This document shows positions 9,457-17,324 of a DNA stretch of 31,875 nt, piece after piece. How positions within the stretch are numbered: position 1 is the first letter of the stretch; every line of letters starts with the position of its first letter. This DNA comes from Vulcanimicrobiota bacterium (GTDB lineage Bacteria; Vulcanimicrobiota; Vulcanimicrobiia; Vulcanimicrobiales; Vulcanimicrobiaceae). The translations under genes were made by a program, and so were the position numbers. The stretch lies in NCBI GenBank assembly GCA_003135555.1, contig PLCF01000050.1:1-31875 (forward strand). Reading direction: 5' to 3'. Below the pieces are notes generated by a model. The model ran no database searches, was not told where the DNA came from, and saw nothing but the letters and a program-made list of their open reading frames with translations.

Positions 9457-9480
9457 GAATTAGCCCGCTTGGGCTAACTC
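9457..9480. promoter_or_regulatory. inverted repeat TTAGCCC-GCTT-GGGCTAA, candidate transcription-factor site upstream of the peptide gene
   Basis: Perfect 7-4-7 palindrome at 9460-9477, extendable to 24 bp with one mismatch; about 100 bp upstream of the peptide ATG. Confidence 0.55.
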
Positions 9481-9504
9481 GCCCGGTGCCTCCCGCCCAC
9501 GACG

Positions 9505-9533
9505 AAAAAACCCGGCCTGAACGCACAGCCGGG
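9505..9533 (-). terminator. intrinsic terminator (for the sRNA and/or the MHYT-GGDEF-EAL transcript)
   Basis: Minus strand CCCGGCUG-UGCGUU-CAGGCCGGG-UUUUUU. Confidence 0.8.
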
Positions 9534-9594
9534 ATCGTGGGGGAGCGCCGGCCCGGGTGTGGGACGCCTCGGGTGAGGCATCGACCGGCGCTCC
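9505..9594 (-). ncRNA. candidate ~90-nt small RNA with a C-rich linker and intrinsic terminator
   Basis: -10-like CACGAT (9606-9601) lies 6 nt before a perfect 10-bp stem (9594-9585/9551-9542) that encloses a GCCUC/GAGGC hairpin. This is followed by CCCACGAU and a terminator hairpin with U6 (9533-9505). Confidence 0.5.
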
Positions 9595-9640
9595 GGAATC
9601 ATCGTGGCACGACAAGCTGCCGCCCGGAAGCCTAGAAGTG

Positions 9641-9656
9641 GTCACCCGCAGGTGAC
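9641..9656. promoter_or_regulatory. inverted repeat GTCACC-CGCA-GGTGAC
   Basis: Perfect 6-4-6 palindrome centred about 55 bp upstream of the predicted sRNA start. Confidence 0.35.
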
Positions 9657-9698
9657 AGCACGTCAGTCAGGTTAGCTAGTTGTCGCACGTCGGCCGCG

Positions 9699-12110
9699 TT
9701 AGGCGGCGATCGGACCTGCGACCAGCAGCTGCTCGAAGCGCTCCGCGGATACGGGCTTGGAGAACAAGTACCCCTGACCGCAATCGCTGCGCAGCGCGAC
9801 GAGCGTGGCGAGCTGCTGCTCCGTCTCGATGCCTTCGGCGACGACTCGCGCGCCGAGCGCGTGGGCCGCGGTGATCACCGCCGACGCGATCGCGCGGTCG
9901 ACCGGGTTCTCGACGATGTCGGTTACGAAGCACATGTCGAGCTTCAGCGTGTCGACCACGTAGGAGCGCAGCGTCGCCAGCGAGTTATAGCCGATCCCGA
10001 AGTCGTCCACGGCGATGCGGACGCCCAGGGCGCGCAGCTCCTTCACGACGGCGGCGTTGTACTCGATGTTCGCGCTGATGGCCGTTTCGGTCAGCTCGAG
10101 CTCGAGGAGTTCCGGGGCCAAGCCCGATTCGCGAAGCGCCGACTCCACGGTGCGGACGAAATCGGGGTCGACGATTTGCTTCCCCGACACGTTCACGCTC
10201 ACCCCGAGCTGGGGCGCGGTGCGGTTCCAGGCGGCATTTTGGATGCAGGCCGTACGCAAGACCCACGCCCCGATCGGCACGATCAGCCCGGATTCCTCGG
10301 CGTAGGGGATGAAGTCGTTGGGCTGAACGACCGTTCCGTCGGGCTGCGGCCAACGGATGAGCGCCTCGCTCCCTCGCAGCGTGCCGTCGAGCGCGTAGAT
10401 CGGTTGATAGGCGAGGGCGAAGGCTTCGTCGTGAAGCCCTTTGCGAAGGCGATAATCGAGGCGGTCCAGCGCAATGTCGTAGAGCACGAAACCGCCGCGA
10501 CCGCGCTTGGCCGCGTACATCGCGACGTCCGCTTTCTTGAGCAGGGTCGCCGCATCGCGGCCGTGCAACGGCGACACCGCAAGTCCGATGCTGGCCGCAA
10601 TGTTGATCAGACGGCCGTTGATGGCGCAGGGCGGCAGCAACGAGGCGAGCAGCCGACGCGCGATCTCGGCGCCATCGGTTTCGCCGGTGCCCGGAAGCAG
10701 CACGGCGAACTCGTCGCCGCCGAAGCGCGCGACGAGGTCGCCCTCGCGCAGCACGCCGCTGAGCCGCAACGCCACGTCCTGAAGCAAATTGTCGCCCGCA
10801 GCGTGACCCAGCGTGTCGTTGACGTCCTTGAAGCGATCGAGATCGATCAGCGCGAGCGCAACGGGTTCGCCGGTGCGCCCCGCGGCTTCCATGACCTGCG
10901 CCAGGCGTTGGTTCATAGCGGCGCGATTCGGCAGGCCGGTGAGCGCGTCGTGAAGCACTTGATGCTGCAAGGCCAGCTCGGCACACCGGCGCTCCGTGAT
11001 GTCGGTCGCGACCGCGACGACACTATCCACTTGGCCGCGGACACGTACCGGCGTCCAGTGTGTTTCGAGAACGACGCCGTCCAGCGTGCTCAGCGCCGTG
11101 TGTTCGTCCCCGGCGAGCGCGCGCCGCGCCTGGGCGATCAGGGCCGGGGCGTCGCTATACAGCGTGAAGAACGAGCGTCCGATCATTTGCTCAGCGGGAT
11201 GGCGGATCGCGGCGAGATCGCGTCCTTCGGCAATCGTGATGATGCCGGCTGCGTCGAACGCGAAGAGCACCACCGGCGCGTTCGCTACGACCATGCTGAG
11301 CCGGCGCTGGCTTTGGGCGAGCGCGGAATCCCGCGCGGCGAAGCGTCGATCCACGAATGCCAGCACGCTCGCGAAACCGCTTACCAGCAACGTGACGAAC
11401 GCGATCGCGGCGCCGCCCACCGCGTCCCCGGTCAGAAGCCAGCCCGTGCTGGGCAGGCTCGCCACGCCGACGAACGTTGCAGCCGCCATCCCCGTGTAGT
11501 GCATCCCGGCGATCGCGACTCCCATGACGATGGCGGCACTCAGCCGGTGCAATCCAAACCGCCGGCTCGACACGGCCCGGAGATGGAAACTCAGCCGCAG
11601 CGCCACAAAGGAGAAGACGATCGCGACGACCGCCGAAAGCGCGATGATTCGCAGGTCCCAGCGCGTCGCCGCGGGCATCCGCATGGCGAGCATCCCGATG
11701 TAGTGCATGCTCCCGATCCCGGCGCCCATCACCACGGCGCCGCCCAGCGTCGACCGCCAAGTGATTCTCGGGCGTGAAACCGTGAACAAGGCGACCCCGC
11801 CGGCGAGCATGGCAACCACCAGCGACAGGAAGACGATGGGAATGTCGTAGCTCACGTCGACCGGCAACCGGAACGCCAGCATACCGGTGAAGTGCATCGC
11901 CCACACGGCGCTCCCGAAGGTGATCGCGCCGCCCAGCAACCACACATAGCGGGTCCGGCCCTGGTGTTCGGCGATGCGTTCGCTGAGGGTCAGCCCAACG
12001 TACGCACCGACGATCGCAATGGCGACGGACAGCGCGACGAGATGAAAATCATAGCCGCCGGCCAGCACGGCGCCGCCCGCCATCGGCATGCCGGCCCCGT
12101 GCATCACCAT
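9699..12110 (-). CDS. MHYT-PAS-GGDEF-EAL diguanylate cyclase/phosphodiesterase
   Basis: Three MHYT motifs (MHFTGM, MHYIGM, MHYTGM), a PAS-like segment, 'HDALTGLPNR', RxxD I-site (REGD) plus GGDEF, then EAL, DDFG, 'AEGIET', 'QGYLFSKP'. Start placed at ATG 12110 (uncertain); -10-like TACCAT at 12158-12153. Confidence 0.93.
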   Translation of the reverse strand: MVMHGAGMPMAGGAVLAGGYDFHLVALSVAIAIVGAYVGLTLSERIAEHQGRTRYVWLLGGAITFGSAVWAMHFTGMLAFRLPVDVSYDIPIVFLSLVVAMLAGGVALFTVSRPRITWRSTLGGAVVMGAGIGSMHYIGMLAMRMPAATRWDLRIIALSAVVAIVFSFVALRLSFHLRAVSSRRFGLHRLSAAIVMGVAIAGMHYTGMAAATFVGVASLPSTGWLLTGDAVGGAAIAFVTLLVSGFASVLAFVDRRFAARDSALAQSQRRLSMVVANAPVVLFAFDAAGIITIAEGRDLAAIRHPAEQMIGRSFFTLYSDAPALIAQARRALAGDEHTALSTLDGVVLETHWTPVRVRGQVDSVVAVATDITERRCAELALQHQVLHDALTGLPNRAAMNQRLAQVMEAAGRTGEPVALALIDLDRFKDVNDTLGHAAGDNLLQDVALRLSGVLREGDLVARFGGDEFAVLLPGTGETDGAEIARRLLASLLPPCAINGRLINIAASIGLAVSPLHGRDAATLLKKADVAMYAAKRGRGGFVLYDIALDRLDYRLRKGLHDEAFALAYQPIYALDGTLRGSEALIRWPQPDGTVVQPNDFIPYAEESGLIVPIGAWVLRTACIQNAAWNRTAPQLGVSVNVSGKQIVDPDFVRTVESALRESGLAPELLELELTETAISANIEYNAAVVKELRALGVRIAVDDFGIGYNSLATLRSYVVDTLKLDMCFVTDIVENPVDRAIASAVITAAHALGARVVAEGIETEQQLATLVALRSDCGQGYLFSKPVSAERFEQLLVAGPIAA

Positions 12111-12224
12111 AGCGACGCTGACTCGTGGCTCATGACCGGACGGTACGAGGCTATGGTAACGCGGCACGGTCGGCGCGGGCGGCACGGCGGGCGTTACCGC
12201 GCGCAGCCGCGGGCGGGCGCCTGC

Positions 12225-12425
12225 TTATCGTGCCCGCTCGCCGAGGCCGTAGACCGGATCGTCGTCGAGGACGACGGCGACGACGGTGACCGCCTTGGCC
12301 AGCGCGTAGACAGCAGCCGCTGCACGGCGGCGCAACGCGGCGCGCCCGACGAACGCCCGATCGTGAGCGATCGCGCGATGCCGGTCGTTGACCAGCACGG
12401 CGAGTACCTGCTGGGTGTATGGCAC
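12225..12425 (-). CDS. 66-aa hypothetical protein under attenuator control
   Basis: GTG start with GGAGG SD 7 nt upstream; that SD is the 3' arm of a terminator hairpin. Confidence 0.65.
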   Translation of the reverse strand: MPYTQQVLAVLVNDRHRAIAHDRAFVGRAALRRRAAAAVYALAKAVTVVAVVLDDDPVYGLGERAR

Positions 12426-12426
12426 G

Positions 12427-12502
12427 AAAAAACCTCCGTCGGTGCGGAGGCTTCATCAAGACAGACGTGCCGAAGCGGTCAGATCAGCGTGATGCAGCCT
12501 CC
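12427..12502 (-). promoter_or_regulatory. transcription attenuator (mutually exclusive antiterminator/terminator)
   Basis: Terminator AAGCCUCCG-CACCGA-CGGAGG-UUUUUU (12453-12427). Antiterminator GGAGGCUGCAUCA (12502-12490) pairs 12/13 with UGAUGAAGCCUCC (12458-12446). Confidence 0.75.
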
Positions 12503-12582
12503 AAGAATGCGAAACCAGGACGCGAAACGACAGGCGCCGTCCACGTGCACATGTGAGCGGGATTGAGCTGAAGTCGGTTCAT
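12484..12582 (-). CDS. 32-aa leader peptide (MNRLQLNPAHMCTWTAPVVSRPGFAFLEAASR)
   Basis: Strong SD AAAGGAGG 6 nt before ATG 12582; its last codons overlap the antiterminator 5' arm. Confidence 0.7.
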   Translation of the reverse strand: MNRLQLNPAHMCTWTAPVVSRPGFAFLEAASR

Positions 12583-12632
12583 ACGCGTCCTCCTTTCTCC
12601 TGAAATCACGCACGATGCGCGAACAGACCAAG

Positions 12633-12662
12633 AATCTATCACGCACGGACGCGATCCGTCAA
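12633..12662 (-). promoter_or_regulatory. sigma70-type promoter for the leader peptide transcript
   Basis: TTGACG (12662-12657) - 18 nt - TAGATT (12638-12633), with an extended -10 TGn. Confidence 0.7.
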
Positions 12663-13460
12663 CTAGTGGGCCGCCCAGCCGCCGTCGATGGATATCGGGG
12701 CTCCGGTGATCGACAGCGCGAAGTCGCTGCACAAGAACGCGCACAGCGCGCCGACCTCGGCCGGTTCGATAAAGCGCCTGGACGGCATCGCGTCGAGGAA
12801 CGCGCGCTCGAGCGCTTCTTGTTCGCTGATACCCCCACCGTAGGACGCGACGAGCTCCGGCGCCTGATTGCGCACCAGATCGGTCATTACCGCGCCGGGA
12901 CAGATCGCGTTGGCGGTGATGCCGTGCGGCGCACCCTCGATCGCGAACACCTTCGTCATTCCGACGACACCGTGTTTGGACGCGACGTACGCAATCTTGA
13001 ACGGCGACGCGACGAGGCCGTGAACGCTCGCGACGTTGACGATGCGCCCGCGCCCGCTCGCGCACAGGTGCGGCCAGGCCGCTTTGGTCGCGTAGAACAC
13101 GCTGTCGAGATCGATCGCGCGCACGTTGGCGTACTTGTCGTCGGGAAAGTCGGCGACCGGTGCGACGAACTGCACGCCCGCGTTGTTGATGAGGTGGTCC
13201 AAAGCGCCGAAGTCGGCAGCGGCGGTCGTCACCGTCGCGCGCACGGCGCCGGCATCGCGTACGTCGCAGGCGTACGCGCGCGCGGTGACGCCGTGGCTCG
13301 CCGCGATCTGGGCGGCCGTGGCGGTGGCGACGTCACCGTCGAGGTCGACCACGGCGACGGCGGAGCCCGCTTGGGCGAGGGCCTCTGCGCAGGCGCGGCC
13401 GATACCGCGCGCGGCGCCGGTCACGAAGCTGACGCGTCCATGGAGATCGATCGAAAGCAA
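12663..13460 (-). CDS. bdhA: 3-hydroxybutyrate dehydrogenase (SDR family)
   Basis: TTG start with GAGGAGG SD; TGxxxGIG, 'NNAGVQFVAPV.DFP', 'ASVHGLVASPFK.AYVASKHG', 'DGGW.A'. Confidence 0.88.
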   Translation of the reverse strand: MLSIDLHGRVSFVTGAARGIGRACAEALAQAGSAVAVVDLDGDVATATAAQIAASHGVTARAYACDVRDAGAVRATVTTAAADFGALDHLINNAGVQFVAPVADFPDDKYANVRAIDLDSVFYATKAAWPHLCASGRGRIVNVASVHGLVASPFKIAYVASKHGVVGMTKVFAIEGAPHGITANAICPGAVMTDLVRNQAPELVASYGGGISEQEALERAFLDAMPSRRFIEPAEVGALCAFLCSDFALSITGAPISIDGGWAAH

Positions 13461-13494
13461 GGTCGTGGGTCCTCCTCGCGAAGGAGATCGCTTC

Positions 13495-14403
13495 GTGGGT
13501 ACTCTGGTCCTCTCCAACGTCGATCGGTCGTTCGGCGACGTCGTCGCGGTGCGCGACGTCTCCTTCACGGTTCCGCCCGGCACGACGTTCGGTTTGCTCG
13601 GTCCCAACGGTGCCGGAAAAACGACCATGATGCGGATGATCCTCGGCATCCTGCTGCCCGACCGCGGCAGCGTGAGCTGGGACGGCGCGCCGGTCGACCT
13701 TGCGGTGCGCCGCCGTTTCGGGTACCTGCCCGAGGAACGCGGGCTGTACGGAAAGCTCAAGGTGCGCGAACAGATCGCGTACTTCGGACGGCTGCACGGC
13801 GTGATGCCGCCGGCCGATACCAAGCGGGCCGACGACTGGATCGAACGGCTGAACCTGACGCAGTACGCCGACCGGCCGTGCGCCGAGCTCTCCAAGGGCA
13901 ATCAGCAGAAGGTGCAGATCGCCTGCGCCGCACTGCACGACCCCGAGCTGCTGGTGCTCGACGAGCCGTTCTCGGGGCTCGATCCCGTCAACGCCGAGAC
14001 GCTGCTCGAGCTGCTGCGCGGGTTGTGCAACAACGGGACGACGCTGATCCTGTCGTCCCACCAGATGTGGCAACTCGAAGACCTGTGCAAGTCGTTCTGC
14101 GTGATCGCGGGCGGAACCGTGCGTGCCAGCGGCACGCTCGAGGCGTTGCGCGCTGCGTGGCCGACGCGCATCGTCGAGGTCGAGCCGGTCGCCGATCCGC
14201 TGCGCAGCGTGCTCGACGCGACACCGGGAGCGCGGCGCTTGCCCGAAGCCGACCGCCCGACGCTGGCCTACGAGCTGCCGGCGGACGCTGATACCGCGGG
14301 GCTGCTGCGCCGCTTGGTCGCCGCCGGAGACGTCACGCGCTTCGAGCGCGTCGATCCGAGCTTGCGCGACATCTATCTGCGCGCGATCGGAGCGGCGGCG
14401 TGA
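13495..14403 (+). CDS. ABC-2 type exporter ATP-binding protein (NatA/YhaQ-like)
   Basis: GTG start with AAGGAG SD; Walker A GPNGAGKTT, 'GYLPEERGLY', signature LSKGNQQK, 'LDEPFSGLDP'. Confidence 0.92.
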   Translation: MGTLVLSNVDRSFGDVVAVRDVSFTVPPGTTFGLLGPNGAGKTTMMRMILGILLPDRGSVSWDGAPVDLAVRRRFGYLPEERGLYGKLKVREQIAYFGRLHGVMPPADTKRADDWIERLNLTQYADRPCAELSKGNQQKVQIACAALHDPELLVLDEPFSGLDPVNAETLLELLRGLCNNGTTLILSSHQMWQLEDLCKSFCVIAGGTVRASGTLEALRAAWPTRIVEVEPVADPLRSVLDATPGARRLPEADRPTLAYELPADADTAGLLRRLVAAGDVTRFERVDPSLRDIYLRAIGAAA

Positions 14404-15644
14404 ACGTCATTGCGGTCGTCTTCAGCGCCGAGTTCATGCGCCGCGTCCGCTCGCGCGCGTTCCTGGCCGGGACGATCATCGGTGCGGCCAGCATCCTGCT
14501 CATCGCCATCCTCCCGTCGCTGCTGGGCGGGATGCTCTCGAGCTCGGGCAAACGCGTCGTCCTCGTCGGCGATCCGGCGCTGACCGTGGCCGCCGGGCCG
14601 CTGCTCAAGCACGACTTCGACATCGCCGCGACGCTGCCGCGGCTCGACGCCGCGCCGTCGCCCGCGTTTCTGGATGCCCACGGCAAGGCTTCTGCGGTCG
14701 CCGTCCTGTCGCGCGGCCGCGACGGTCTGCACGTCGTCGCATACGCCCGCGACCCGTCGGCCTTCCGCCAGGCGTTCGGCCGCGACCTGGCGCCGTTGCA
14801 AGTGGCGTTGGCGATCGGGATCCCGGTGCAACGCGTCGCGGGTCACGTGAAGGTCACCGTCGACGTGCGCGACGTCTCGGGCCGCTTCGCCAACGCGAAC
14901 GCCGCCGACGCGGCCAAAGGCGTGGCGTATCTGTTCGTGATGCTGCTCTACATCGCGATCCTGCTCAACGCGCAGTCGATCATGTCCTCGGTGGCCGAAG
15001 AGAAGACCAGCCGCATCGCGGAGCTGCTCGTCGCGATGGTCGATCCGTCACAGTTGCTCGCGGCGAAGATTCTGGCGGCGGCGGCGACCGGTTTCGTGCA
15101 GCTCGGCGTGTGGGTCGGGACGGGGATGATCGGCGGACGTGCCGTGACCGGGATGTTCGCGAGTTCCGATGCATCGTCGGGGGCGGCCGGCGCCGCCGGG
15201 TCGGCAACGTTCGGCGCGCTCGAGGTCTCCTCGGGCGAAGTCCTCGCCTTTCTGGCCTTCTTCGTGCTCGGCTTCGCGCAGTACGGGGTGCTCTACGCTG
15301 CGGCCGCGTCGTTGATCAATCGCACCGAGGACCTCGGCAGCGTCGCGGGACCGCTGGTCGTCCCGGTCGTCGTCGGAATCATCCTGGCGAATTTCGGCTT
15401 GCAGTTCCCCAACGCGCCCAGCGTCGTCGTCTGCTCGCTGCTCCCGCTCGTCTCGCCCTTCGTGATGTTTACCCGCATCGCCGTGTCCACCGTCCCGGCC
15501 TGGCAGATCGTGCTGTCGTTAGCGATCAATCTGGCGACGGCGATCCTGCTGGCGTGGATCGCGGGGAAGATCTACCGCGTCGGCTTGTTGATGTACGGAC
15601 GCTCGCCGTCGTTTCGACAGATCGTCGCGACGCTGCGCACGTAG
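14400..15644 (+). CDS. ABC-2 type exporter permease (NatB/YhaP-like)
   Basis: GTGA overlap with the ATPase stop; multiple TM helices; 'VAEEKTSRIAELL' and 'KIYRVGLLMYG' motifs. Confidence 0.9.
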   Translation: MNVIAVVFSAEFMRRVRSRAFLAGTIIGAASILLIAILPSLLGGMLSSSGKRVVLVGDPALTVAAGPLLKHDFDIAATLPRLDAAPSPAFLDAHGKASAVAVLSRGRDGLHVVAYARDPSAFRQAFGRDLAPLQVALAIGIPVQRVAGHVKVTVDVRDVSGRFANANAADAAKGVAYLFVMLLYIAILLNAQSIMSSVAEEKTSRIAELLVAMVDPSQLLAAKILAAAATGFVQLGVWVGTGMIGGRAVTGMFASSDASSGAAGAAGSATFGALEVSSGEVLAFLAFFVLGFAQYGVLYAAAASLINRTEDLGSVAGPLVVPVVVGIILANFGLQFPNAPSVVVCSLLPLVSPFVMFTRIAVSTVPAWQIVLSLAINLATAILLAWIAGKIYRVGLLMYGRSPSFRQIVATLRT

Positions 15645-15645
15645 T

Positions 15646-16311
15646 TCAGCCGCCGCAGGAGAGGGCCAGCGGCCCCGTCGCCGGCGTGCCGATCACGTCG
15701 GGGACGGTGGCCGACGACGAGTCGGTGGTCGGATCGACGGAGTGCTCGAAAGCCGCTTGCAGCTCGGCATAGCAGCCGACGAGCGTCGACATGTCGGGGG
15801 ATTGGAACTGATTGAGCTTCGCGAGCCGCTGGCGTTGCGGGCCGAGCGCAGGCTGGAGCGCGTCGGGAACGGCGCTGGCCGCCTCGACCGAGATGGTCGA
15901 TCTTCCGAGCAGCATCGGCGCGCTCAGATCGGCGCTGGCGGCAACGACCTTATCGCACGTCGTCGACGCCGCCTCACTACCGGTCAAGGCTTGCCAGAAC
16001 GGCTGCGATTGCGCGGCCGGGGCCGCAAGCGGTCCGCCGTTGTCCATGAGCGCCGTCGGGGGCGCGACGCAGGGGGACGCCAGCGGCGCGCCGCCGGCGG
16101 CGCTGTACACCGCGTAGAGGCTGTACTGCTGGTAGGGGTTGATACGCGCGGAGACCATGCCGCCGTAGCGCGCGACCATCTCGACGCGCTCGCCCAGGAC
16201 CCCGATCTGTAGCGACCACACGACGCCGAACATGACGAGCAGGAAGACCGGCAGCGCGATCGCGGTCTCGACCAGCGCCTGGCCGCGCGCGCGCAGCGTC
16301 AGGAAGCGCAC
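15646..16311 (-). CDS. TadE-like minor pilin
   Basis: 'RARG|QALVETAIALPVFLLVMFG' prepilin motif (Glu at +5); start moved to GTG 16311, which overlaps the upstream gene's end. Confidence 0.82.
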   Translation of the reverse strand: MRFLTLRARGQALVETAIALPVFLLVMFGVVWSLQIGVLGERVEMVARYGGMVSARINPYQQYSLYAVYSAAGGAPLASPCVAPPTALMDNGGPLAAPAAQSQPFWQALTGSEAASTTCDKVVAASADLSAPMLLGRSTISVEAASAVPDALQPALGPQRQRLAKLNQFQSPDMSTLVGCYAELQAAFEHSVDPTTDSSSATVPDVIGTPATGPLALSCGG

Positions 16312-17324
16312 GCCACGTTCCCCATGTCGAGGGCACCGCTGAACGGCTTGATCGGGATCGCGTTCCACCACCCCGTCACCGCGGAGAACTCCGGACCGGT
16401 GACCTTCATCGAATAGGCGTCAAAGCTCGGAAACGCGCGCGCCGAGTTGCCGCCGTAGGCGACGGTGAACCAGTTCCAGTTGCTCGACCCGGTCGACGGT
16501 CCCGTGGCGGTCATGTTCGACAAGCCCAGCGTCTCGGGGGACTGGAACGGGGTGCCGGTAATTGGGTTCACGATCGTTCCGGGCTGAACCCATTCCTGCG
16601 TCACCATCGCCGAGGTCGCGGCGGCGCGGCCGATCGCGGTGAACGTCGGCGGCTTGAAGCTCAAGAACGCCGGGACCGCCGGCGCGATCTTCGCGCAGGT
16701 GACGATCTCGATCTGCGCGGGCGTGTAGTCCGCCTTCACCGCCGCGGTGGTGCCGTTGTTGACGGCCCAAACGCCCGCGGACTGCTCGACGTCGTTGATC
16801 GTCGCCCGCGGCGCCACGCTGACGACGGTGTAGCTGAAGGCGCAGTCGCCGCCGGTCGCCGCGCCGCAGTTCGCCTGCAGGCTGGCGACGACCGCCTTCG
16901 CATCGCCGGTCGCCTGGTCGAACGTGTACTGCGAGGTGCGGTTGACGAGCTGCACGTCGGTGGTATAGCGCTGGACCGCGCGAAAATACTGTTGCTTGAG
17001 TTGGTCGAACGCCGCCTGGCAGTCGCTGCCGCCGTTTCTGCAGCCGGGATCGGCGTACGCTGCGGCTTGCAGCGCGTTGAGCATGTTCTTGATCCGCCAC
17101 TCCTCGACGGCTGCGGCGTATACGAGCGCGAGCTGCTGGTTCCAGGTCTGCGTCTGGACCGAGAGCGCGGCGACCGCCGCGGCGTCGGCCGCGTTCTGTG
17201 CGCGCACCTGCCAGCGCAGGACCTCGCCGTATTGGATCGCGGCGAAGGCCAGCGTCAGCGCCGCCGCGATTCCCATCGCCCAGATCGGCAGGGTCTGGCC
17301 GCGTGAATGCCGCGTTAGGAACAT
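16299..17324 (-). CDS. TadG-like pilus assembly/tip protein
   Basis: ATG 17324; 'SRG|QTLPIW' followed by a TM helix and 'AQNAADAAAVAA', the Tad_N-type motif. Confidence 0.8.
   Translation of the reverse strand: MFLTRHSRGQTLPIWAMGIAAALTLAFAAIQYGEVLRWQVRAQNAADAAAVAALSVQTQTWNQQLALVYAAAVEEWRIKNMLNALQAAAYADPGCRNGGSDCQAAFDQLKQQYFRAVQRYTTDVQLVNRTSQYTFDQATGDAKAVVASLQANCGAATGGDCAFSYTVVSVAPRATINDVEQSAGVWAVNNGTTAAVKADYTPAQIEIVTCAKIAPAVPAFLSFKPPTFTAIGRAAATSAMVTQEWVQPGTIVNPITGTPFQSPETLGLSNMTATGPSTGSSNWNWFTVAYGGNSARAFPSFDAYSMKVTGPEFSAVTGWWNAIPIKPFSGALDMGNVACAS

Noticed and set aside
12155..12198. GGTAACGC/GCGTTACC inverted repeat and GCGGCACGG direct repeat upstream of the MHYT gene
   Set aside because: Short and GC-rich; cannot be distinguished from chance.
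13461..13901. N-terminal extension of the SDR ORF (and 13126-13494 of the ABC ORF)
   Set aside because: Each extension lies antisense to the other gene; SD-supported starts exist at 13460 and 13495.
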